DNA of 64,000 nucleotides from Paramecium tetraurelia (Eukaryota): assembly GCA_000165425.1 (NCBI GenBank), contig CT868640.1, forward strand, positions 67,142 through 131,141, written 5' to 3'. Within the stretch, counting starts at the first letter, position 1; each line of letters starts with the position of its first letter. Positions 53,601-64,000 of the stretch are shown in pieces. The translations under genes and the position numbers were made by a program. The notes below the pieces were generated by a model. That model did no database searches and was not told where the DNA came from. It saw only the letters and a program-made list of their open reading frames with translations.

Positions 53601-55941
53601 GCCTATTGTAATTTATGGGTATTTCGACGCTTGTCTTTGTAGAACATGATGTTTCGATTCCTTCTCCTCATCATCACTATCATCTGACATCTTCGATAAT
53701 CTTCCGAAGTATCTTTTCTTTTCAATCTAAGAAGAATTTTGGATTTATTATAATTAAGCTGCTGGAACCACTTTAGTTTCTATAGAAATTATCATGAATT
53801 ATAAATTACTTTGCATAGATGAAATGACCCTCTAAGCACGAGCCTTAGATTTGTCAGCCTCGTTCTTGGCTTCCTCATAATTATCAAGCATGATAGTCAA
53901 GAATGAGGACAAGATGAAAAATCTACACAAAATCAACACAAAAATAAAAAATGGATAAGGAATCCAGGATTTAGTCTCAAGAGTTGTGTAAAATATGTTC
54001 TCCCATTGATCAGAACAAATTATTATAAATAAAGATGAAACTGTATTTCTAATACTATCAAAATTTGCTCTTGGTATATTTGAACCTTGCTTATCATAAT
54101 TACCTTATTCATCAAAAATCAGTTCTCCAGCAAAATACTCTCTCCCCAATATTCCAATGACAATCATGTAGGTTAAGAACACCAAAATTAATTTAGGAAT
54201 ATTAACAAAGGACTTTTGCAATGCTTACAATAACACTTTATAGTTTGACCAACTTGTCTACGTATTGAAGAACCATAGAAGTCTTAAACCCTTAAAAGCA
54301 TTAAGCACAAATGGATAAGACATGTCATTAAGCTGAACAATTATACTAATAAAGTCTATGACAAATTCTAAAAGCAGAATATATTTATTTTCCTTTTATT
54401 TCCAGACATACATTCTTGCCAAATCTTCCAAGATGTATATAAACAGAAATACTATATTGATAATTATGATTTTATTCTCGAAATCATTATGGTATGCTGA
54501 TTCGTCATTCAATGAAAATAAGATTAAATTTGTTATAAATAAAAGCGAATAAAAGTATTTGATAAAATTGGATGATACTATTGCTTTAAGTTTGATTTGT
54601 AATTGTGATCTCTACCTTGATTTCCTATGCTAATTTTGTATCAATTAAAGAGCTCTTTGTTTGCTCTTACTCAAATGCCCTGGAGTCAAGAAATACGTCC
54701 TACGTCTCTCATTGCTGATTTGAATTTTTGTTTGACTCTTGACTTTGATTTTCGGTAGTTCTTCAACTTACTAATCCATTTGATATTAATTTAAGAGAAT
54801 AGCCACCAATAGGTTTTACAAAAAGAATGTCCCAATAATAATGTAAGACCATAGAAAGATTGAACTTATGTACTTATTAAAGGTATCAGCCAAATTCTAT
54901 TCCACTTCAACCCAACCCTCAATAAAATGACAAATAAATAAAGTAAGCAAACCATTTGGAATTTCATCAAAGGAAATATAATCGTATTACGTGAATGGTT
55001 GATGAAAATACCCTCTTTAACATACATACCCTTCTGGACACTTCCTACCCATTCCACATAATCTCGCTGGATAGGCATCGATGTCGCCATCTTTCACGCA
55101 ATAATGATGCAATTAATCACTCCAGATTTGGACTCCCATGGTAGCATAAATGTAGGTCAATAATGTAATTATTATCACCACATAGGCGGTCATCATCAAT
55201 GCATGTTTAACTGTATTACTCAATTTCTTTACAATTTAGAAATATTTGGTCTGCACGATGAAGTCCACCAAAAACAATGCTCTGAATATGTATAAGTAGG
55301 ATTGCCGTAAGATCAGGGCGAATAACAAACATATACTATTTATGAAGGCATAAGGGTCCTTGTAATATCCATAGTTGCAATTCCAAATTCTAAATTTTAA
55401 TCGTAACTCATTACCCGTATGATATAATTGATATCACAACTTAAATGCTAAAAATTACATCGCATGAAATTATTATTCCATTGATCACTGCATTCGATAT
55501 CGAGATATTTAACCCACTATTCTCATTATTATAGGGCTTAACAATCAGTACACAGACTACTATAACCGACTAAAGTTATTCGGATAATTACTAAAAGAGA
55601 ATGAACCCATTAGAATAGTTTGGATTAACTGATTTAAATACAAAAAACCCGAAACCTGTTGTTTAAAGCAAAATAATCCAAAGAAAACCTGCAATATGGA
55701 TTATCATCATCATCATATTTTATCAGATTGTCATTCGATTCTTTCGGATTATCTGTCTAATTTGTCTATTTCCTAATCTCTGCAGCTGTCACTTCTCCTT
55801 TTTTGTCTAAAACTTAAATTCTAATTTACTTTGGTAATTCGGCAAAATATCAATCACCGATGAGAGTATGTCCTTCTCATACTCTTTTGAACCATCCTTT
55901 GCTGATTTATTTTTGAAACAGTTTAAAAATTATTAAAACAT
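50628..55941 (-). CDS. Four-domain voltage-gated Ca2+/cation channel alpha subunit (Cav-like)
   Basis: Four 6-TM repeats with pore loops FIEGW, CSDQW, IGEGW and TGQYW. S4 of repeat III is KAFRALRTLR. III-IV linker LNEHQREWL; C-terminal EF-like WSDYDPKGTGWI..MNPPLGF. Several tiny introns. Confidence 0.92.
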
Positions 55942-55963
55942 AATATAATAATATATTTATTTG

Positions 55964-57704
55964 TCATTCTTACAAAATAGATGTACCCACTATATCCTCA
56001 ATAACACCTATCAATTCCACATCCCCATCTGATCTCAACATCTCTGTAAGATTTAACTAATTGATCATTTATTTGACTAATTCCTTTTATTACATATAAA
56101 CTTTTTTCAACCCGCTTATTAAATATTTATACATCATATCCCTATAAGAATTGACAATCTAAAGACCTTAACATATCATTAAACTGACTTATTCAACACT
56201 GCTCTGATCAAATCTCAATTTAATCATCTGTACAAAACATGCAATAATTCCTAACATTATTCTTGATTGATATTTCCTTATTTACTCATCGTGAATGTCT
56301 TCCTATGGTACCTAACATTCATACTATTTTTAAACTTCTTCGATTTTCATAATTTTGACCTTTAAATCTTCCAAAGCCAAATCATTATTTACAATTAACC
56401 TTTATTATTTATATAACTCTTAAATTAAACTTTAACGATCAATTAAAATTATTAGTATCTGAGTACACAACTCTTAGCATTCTATGTGATCATCACTAAA
56501 ATGAAATAAACAATTCTAAATTATTTAATCAGTAAATTATGTTATTTTATTTTCATACATCCTAACTATATGATACATCAACAGAAATCCATTATATCTC
56601 ACATCAAAATGGGACTCAAACAAAGAACAATTTTAAGAAACTTTTAAAATTTCTTCTATCGGTAATTCTTAGTTAGGATAGTATTGCACAATTGATTACA
56701 ATGTCTTTAAGCCAGATCTTCTTATCCTCCAATTTCTACTAATCGTTGAATAGCAGCATAGAATTACGCATTCATTTAATCTTTTTTCATTGATAATGTT
56801 CATCAATTCTGTTTAAATATTACCAGAGAAATGAGGAAATAATTATTGAGCAACAGATTCTGAAACTTTTCTAAGGTCATCGCAATGGGAATTCTTGTAC
56901 AACAGGATCAAGAGTTGATCTTTTTCTTTAGGAATGAGAATCTTCAACTCATTCAATGCTTGAACTCTAATTTCTAATGATTCATCCATAAGACCGGCTA
57001 ATAGAGTCGCATGAATCAGTTCTCTAAAAGTTTAATTATCTTATAAGTCAGCTAAGCGATGTATAAACTTCAATGCATAAGATCTGACTTACTCATTTTA
57101 ATGTCGAGCAACTCTTTGGGTTATTTCAATGAATTCGACAGCATGGTCAAATATGAAATTACGATTAGTTAAGAATAATTCCATAGTCTGTAGGAGACCA
57201 TTTATATCAATGCCTTATTTGTTGATGAAGTAATATTTAATAAGAGAGGTTGGTTCAACAATCCTTATTAAATTGTGAAGATCAGGAAATGGGGCATTTA
57301 AAAGAGTAGAAGTTGATTCAAATCCCTATTGAGGATTTTTGAGTGTGAAATCCCATCGGATAAGGGCAAGAAGGGATTCAATAACTTGGGTTTTTAAAGT
57401 TGAAAGGTCGCAATTCTTGTTGAATAGCTGTGAAATCAAAGTAAAAGCTAAATGTTAAGTATCAGGATGCTGTAATAAATGAATGAATTAATTTTGCAGG
57501 AGTGGATATATAGTGTATTCTTCTTAAGCAATTTGCTTTTTATTAAGTGCAAAGTAATACATTGAAAATAAAGAGTGCATTTGATAAGGAGTGCGGATTA
57601 TCAAGCATTTGAAGGGCGATGTGATAGAGTTAAGAGCTGGAGTAGTTAGATTTGGTTAAATCTTATTAGAGTAAGGTATTATGATGGGTAAAATGTGTGT
57701 CCAT
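55964..57704 (-). CDS. HEAT/ARM-repeat protein (571 aa)
   Basis: The ORF closes with one 25-nt intron near 57536-57560. HEAT-like units: HQNEQVRSYAL, LMDESLEIRVQAL, SRNWRIRRSGL, ESHFDVRYNGF. Confidence 0.75.
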
Positions 57705-57731
57705 TGAATATTATAAATTAATTAAGAAAAA
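57705..57731. promoter_or_regulatory. 27-bp head-to-head spacer containing TTAATTAA
   Basis: Lies between the HEAT gene ATG (57704, minus) and the PAS membrane protein ATG (57732, plus). Confidence 0.5.
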
Positions 57732-60700
57732 ATGTAACAACATGAGGAATTAGGTTTTGGTCAAGTGTTGTCGATCGAGATTGCGAAGATCGGAGATTAC
57801 AAGAATATGTTTGGAACAAAAGCTTTGACTCTCGTACTCGTACACTTCGTATCATTGATGAGCTTTAGTTTGAAATTTGAAAAAAACCAAGGATATGCTT
57901 ATTTTACCGATGTAAAAGTAGAGGTTATTGTAGTTTTTAAGTGTCTTCACACGGCCTCCGGATTTATTGTTCATACCGATCTGCATCTTGGTTTTGATAC
58001 TGTACTTGGTTTTGTATGGCTGTCTACTGTTGATGTCGTACTTGCGATTTCGGAGTCAGAACAAGACAACGATGTCGAAGAATAAATTCAAGAGATTGCA
58101 CATGGGGTTGTCGATGGGAATTGAAAGTGCAGTGTGGCTCAGTTGTCCAATTGTAGACACTTGATTAAATTCTAGTTATCTATCAACTTGGGGTTGTTCA
58201 ATAAGCAAAGTAGTGCCTGGAGTGCAATGCCCATCGTAAACATATTTCTGCACTCCGTCATTGTGTTAAGTTACTTCTACTTCTATCGCAGTTACCAATT
58301 CAATCAATTGGGATTGTATAGAACATTCAATCTGGCCTCCTATTGTTACTATTTGATTGTGATATTTATAGTAGCCATAGATTGGAATTCAGAATTGAAG
58401 ATCCAGCCATACATTTTTTGGTTGCTTAGCATTTTCAAATTGATTGACATAATCTTGTTTTTGCCCTACAAGATGACATTTGAAAATCAAGTATATATGT
58501 TTGGATGCACCGGATTATTCATAGTATCCCTATTGGGTTCTCTGTCTCAAATTACATCTTCCATAAGCGGGGACAACATCTTCGAGACCTTCCTCTTAGC
58601 ATTTCCAATCTTCCTTTATTTATTTAGATAGTTCTAAAGTCGGAAGTGGCAGGATTTGATCTTGTACATGCGAACAGGTTCAACCAAGTAAATGGACATA
58701 AAGAAATTGTGTTCTTCTTTGGAAGCACTCGTATACTACATAGAGTAGGCCAGGGTGGATTCCTATGTATTCATGCTTTCCCTTTTTGTGTTAAAGTATC
58801 ACACCGAAAACTGTAACGATCCAAATTGCGAATGCAAAGAAGATTTATCCAAATCCAACACTCAAAATGGAGAAAGTATGACACATAGATCATCATTCCA
58901 ATCTAGAACAGCTCTGTTGAGTAATGCAGATAAGAATAGTAACAATTAAAACATTTCTCAAAATTTGGATGTCAGTTAATTTCAGAAAACAATCAAAGAT
59001 GGAAGTCGGAAAAATGATTCCTTTGCTGGAGGTGTTCAACCACAATATGAATAATAAAACATAAGACCAAAGACTGTCATATTTTAACCAATGAAGTTTG
59101 TCTAGAATAATACAATCAACGAAGATCTCATATCATAATATGTGAAAAGGTAGTTTCATTAGACTATTTAATAATTGTCATTTTCTTTGCATTTAGATGA
59201 AGTTGAATATTTATCATTGAAGTACATTTCTTTTATGTTCTCCTTCAAACAGAACAGTCTCTCATCACTTACAAAACTTAAACAAATATAAAGCAGAACA
59301 GTTTCATTTTCATACTTCTTTCGAAATGTCACTAAAGTAACTGAGTCTTAGTTTATTGATGCTCTTAAATTGAAACATTTCGAAGACAAGAACTCATATG
59401 ATGATGTTGTCAAAATGAATGTGACTGAAATTTGGCGATTAGAAATGGTCAAAGATGACATTGTTAAGAGTATTGTTTCTGTTTTGAGGAAAAAGATAAC
59501 ATTATGGGAGAATCTGTGTTCTGGTGATATCTAAAATATGAATCGATTTTTGGAGGACATTATAAAGATCTCACTTTAAATAGAAGAAAGTAGAAGCACG
59601 GTTGATATGATATTGAGTGACTTCACCAATTAAGTTCAAAGAAACTACAGTTATTATCTGAAATATCAATGTTTTAGATCTCTCTTTTTTGATTCGGATT
59701 ATAAATAAGCAGTCATATTCTAAAGGAAAGTGGAAGATTCATGGTAGTTGAGTAGAGCTGCTTAAAAGTAAGGATAGATTGGTAATTTCCAATGGCTTTC
59801 TGGAGATCTGGTAACTTTGGAAGTGAGTGCTGGAGTGTAGAGTGGTTAAATCATTAAAGGAGTTTCAAATAGATTAGTTGATATGTTAGGATATTCTAAT
59901 TACGAAGACATGATACAAAATCTACGCATTAGAGGTTTGCAGTCGTCTCACTAAAATTAAAATTCAGATAAATTGCAAATTTCTAGTATTATGCCTCCTT
60001 ATTTGACTGCTTCTCACAACTATTTCATTACCAGATTCATCCATAGAGGTTACACTTATTATTATGATAAACCAATCAATTCTTATGCTTGTGATGCCTA
60101 AGGGTTTGTATTTCCAGTCAACATTAATTTATCTTTTAACTTTTAAAACCTAACTGATTTTACACTCTTAGGATCTATTTTGAAAATTAAAGATGACGAC
60201 GAATATCTGATATTTGATGAATGGGGTCGTATTTTAGGTGTATCCATGCATACCTTTGATAAGTTGATATTGAAAGGAGCTTTAGATGAATTTGGAATGG
60301 TACAATATAAATCTGTCAATGCAAAATTTTAAAAACTTGGAAATCTTAAAAATGCCTTACTCCATAAGATCGCCAGAGATGATAATGCCAAATTGTTTAA
60401 AAAAACTATTACTATGCATTAAAAATAAAGTACTACAAAAAGTCAACTGAAAAGAACATATCAAAAACCATCTGATATTTTATTGTAATTTGGAAGCATT
60501 CAACACTTTTTACCATAGGTCGGAAAATCTATTACAGATTTGTTGGCTAGAGACATCTTTAAAAAGTTGCAGAGGGAATCCCAAGAATAATTTAATAAAT
60601 TAACTGACAAAGCTTAAGATATCTAATAATAAAATAATAATAAGTTATTCGAAAAGTAAGCCAGCAACATATTCTAAAGACAGATTAGTCAATTTATCGA

Positions 60701-63700
60701 TAGATAATAGAGCTTAAATTAAGGAGGATTGTCAAGTGCCATGTTGGATAAGGATCAATATCGAAACTTCATCATTAATAATTTTATTGATGATAAGGGA
60801 TTGATGAAAAAGAACGTATCCTTATTATAGGATGAAAGACTGGTTCTTTATGTTCCTAGAAATTATAATGAATTAATTGAATATTTCAATGATGCAGGTG
60901 AAAGATTTATGGAAAGTAAAAATGATATGGAAACTAAATCTATACGTAGACAACAAATGCAGAATAAATACTCATACATTAAATAGCAATAAAACTGTTA
61001 TCATTTATTTGATGCTGAATTCTAAGATTTTATTGATAACAAAGTAAGAAAATATTATTCTAAAGCCTTATTAAAAGAAGCCTTAGAGTCTCATGATGCC
61101 AAACTACTTCAATAGGTAAGGTACAAGTGTGTTTCATCAATTGATGTGGGTGTTGGAGGGGTTAGTGACAAAGATCAATTCTTATATTTTGTGTGCAAAC
61201 TATCCTCATTGAATCTATAAACAGCCAAAAGGAAGGATGTCTTGAAAATCCATTTGAAGAAAGAAAAAAATCAATAGTTTGATGGAGGTGAAGAGTTAAG
61301 GAGAAGCTTGATTTAATAGGCCTCCTCTCTCGATTCATTCGATAAAGAGAAACCCAGAAAATCATTACCTTTTCAATAACAGGAGAGTTTCGGTCCTCCT
61401 TAATAATAAATTAAATATAAAGGAGAAATTAATGAACCTATTATAGTCACTTTGGCCATTCCAGATAGCAGAACCTACTTATCTTCCCTTGATAGAGATG
61501 ATGGGCCAAATATGAAGGTCAAATTTGAAGCTCAAAATTAAAAGTTAAATGACTCTTCCTTTGATATTGAGAATTCCATGAAAGAGAGCTTTATTCCCAC
61601 TGGTGGCAATCATTCTATGACTCAATCTTTGAATTTAAATGTCCCATAATTAATGAGGTAAAACTCAATTGAAAAAATGAAATAAATCTAAAATCAGAGT
61701 AAAGAGTATTTAAAAGAGTAATCCAGTAGTCTTTCAGAAAAAAAAGAAGAACCTCCTAAAAAAAAACTCAAGTTATCATTTTTAAAGAAAATGGAAAAGG
61801 CTCTTGTTCCTAAAGATCCCCCAGCTGAAACTCCTACAACCCCGATTGCCCCAACCTTTTTATAACCTTAACAATAATAATAACAAGAAAAATAACCTTC
61901 ATCACTTTCTGTGCCAGAAGAAAAAAAGAGCTCATTTTTAAATCCCACTGGGCTGTTCGCTAAATTGTTTGGAAGATTGAATCTCAGAAGAGTATCAAAC
62001 ATTGAGATTAAAAACGATCAATTTGAAGCTTAGGATCAAGGTTTCAGAGAACAGTCTGAAAATTCTGAAAAGGGAGATATGAAAAGAAGTGGACATAGTA
62101 CTCCTTCAGGAACTAATTCAATGTCTAGTAATAATATCACAAGCCAAGGAGATTAGAAAGAAGATGATGAAGAATTAAACAATGAGGATGAACTTGTCAA
62201 TATTTTTGAAGTCATGAGTTAAGCTTCTAATCATTAATCTATTAAATCCATTTCAGCAATTTCAATGGCTACTCAGATATCATTGAGATGTCTTAAATAT
62301 ATGCCAAGATAAGCCAAATCACTCCAAATATTCAAGATTATATTAATCATCTTAAACATTTCATGCATAATTAGTTTGTTGTTAACAACCTAAAATTACT
62401 TTAACAATTTGAGTGTGGATAATCTTAGTTTGAGGATTAATAATCAATATCGTTATTCAGCTATAATACTTTAATCCTCAAACTAAATTGATCAATAGTC
62501 CATTATTACTTTCGATCAAATCCCTAACATCACCTTAATGAATGAGATTATCTCTTATTGCTATAATCTTAGTTTAAACATTAGTCAATCCTACTTTGAT
62601 GTTATCAACTCAATATAAAATGAGGTTTCTTTTCCATTGCCATAATTAGATGTACTTCAAATTCCAGATGATTATTACATTGTTTCTCTTTAAGAATTTT
62701 TAACTCAATAGAAAATTGAAATTGATTCTATCGAATTGATCAACACCTACAATAGGAGTGATGCTACATTTAAATAATTGTATAATAATTCTATAGATTA
62801 TTTATTGAATAGACTAGTATTCACTTAATCTCAGATCAATAATATGAGTTAGCAATTAAGATCGAGCAAGAATAATGATGTTCTTAGTAAAGCTCTAATT
62901 GTAACATATCTGATGGCCAGCTTTGGTGGTTTACACTTGGTTGTAATCCTGTTGATTGTTCCCTTCATCAGATAAATTAACAATATCTATTTCCGTGTAC
63001 TCTGCATTGTAAGCAGGATAACATAAGAAGAGGCTGAAGATGAAATTAAAAAATTAACTCTTTCTTAGCATTTACTTGAAACTTAAGATGATTCATGGGT
63101 CACATAAAACCAAATTAAACTCATCTTTTATAATAAAAGCAAGGAAATTGATTTAAATGAGAAATACACTAAGAATGGGAATGTCAAAGCAAAAGGAAAG
63201 GAAAGCTCATACTTTTATTCTAAATTAAGTGATACTACTTTAAGTATTTGGAAGGACATGGGATTATACATAATGATATCAGCGATTTCCATTGGCTATT
63301 TAATTTTTTCTATTGTTATTATTCAAACATAAATAAATACATTTACTCCTTTTATCGACAATTTTGATGAAACTGTTAGTACTAGTGTTTATACTGCCAG
63401 CTTAATTTCGAAATTATCCATCACTCCTTAAAGGTATTTAAATTTAGAATCTGCCAGTATTCCATCACAGTTCACCTTATTGAATTTCTAACAAAACTAG
63501 TAGCTTTCATACTTCCTATAAACAATATCCTCTGATACTAACAACATCAAATCGTTTATTACTGACATGTAAAAGTTTTTAGAACAAGTAAATTTGGATT
63601 ATGGATATGATTCTAATTCATCAAAGATTTTAATTACTTCTGAGAATTATCAATCAAGAATACCATATATTTAATAGTTAAGTGTACTGAGTGAAATCAA

Positions 63701-64000
63701 TCATTTACTAAAGGACAATCTATGTTATTATTCTGAAGAGACCCTCTGCCAGTAGTAATAATAATTTGACTACTTCAACACTGGATTGATGGGAGCATTA
63801 GACGTTTTATAGAAGATGGAATTCAGTTATTAAACATTTTTAAATGAGTATCATTAAATACAATATTCAGACTAATAGAATAATACATCTTAAATTAATG
63901 CTTATTACAACTCTTAAGATTATAGGTTTTTAGTGATGTATGGGCAGGAATTAATTTTTAAGACATTTGATCGATTAGTATTGTTATTGGAAACTTTCTT
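57732..64000 (+). CDS. Large multipass membrane protein with a PAS-like domain (ciliate PAS/TmcB-like family), 3'-truncated by the window edge
   Basis: N-terminal TM cluster with two tiny introns, then more than 5.8 kb of open frame. PAS-like ISSIMPPYLTASHNYFITRFIHRG..DAQGFVFPV and YLIFDEWGRILGVS. Further TM helices near 62340, 62900 and 63260. Confidence 0.82.

Noticed and set aside
3002..55941. Functional cluster of excitability/cilia genes (Kv-beta, NCS-like, dynein, TTC23-like, Cav)
   Set aside because: The genes are interspersed with unrelated ones, and these families are hugely expanded in ciliates, so co-location is expected by chance.
1..64000. Apparent mass pseudogenisation (in-frame TAA/TAG everywhere, fragmented ORF track)
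   Set aside because: TAA/TAG fall at Gln positions in conserved proteins and genes end in TGA. This is the established ciliate code 6 plus tiny introns, not decay and not novel.

Overview
Very AT-rich, gene-dense eukaryotic DNA that reads as a ciliate macronuclear chromosome segment, most consistent with Paramecium. Genes open only if TAA/TAG = Gln (table 6), TGA is the only stop, and coding regions carry 20-31 nt GT-AG introns. This explains why the supplied standard-code ORF track is fragmented. Manual translation supports about 27 protein genes: a BAH-PHD chromatin reader, two tandem Kv-beta-type aldo-keto reductases, two kinases, a TTC23-like TPR protein, a bZIP factor, a DBP7/DDX31 helicase, an NCS-like EF-hand protein, THOC5, a 14 kb DNAH2-type axonemal dynein heavy chain, an SPP-like protein, a CTD small phosphatase, a P-loop GTPase-HSP20 fusion, a four-domain Cav-like channel, a HEAT protein, a large PAS membrane protein and several hypotheticals. 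The most notable items are the GTPase + alpha-crystallin fusion, an apparently catalytically dead SPP-like protease, a channel with an E-D-E-Q filter, a DEAD-box helicase with altered motifs II/III/VI, and intergenic spacers of only 8-27 bp. Several +1 frameshifts are probably assembly errors. No rRNA, tRNA, transposon or CRISPR features were recognised. All family calls come from motif recognition by eye, not database searches.
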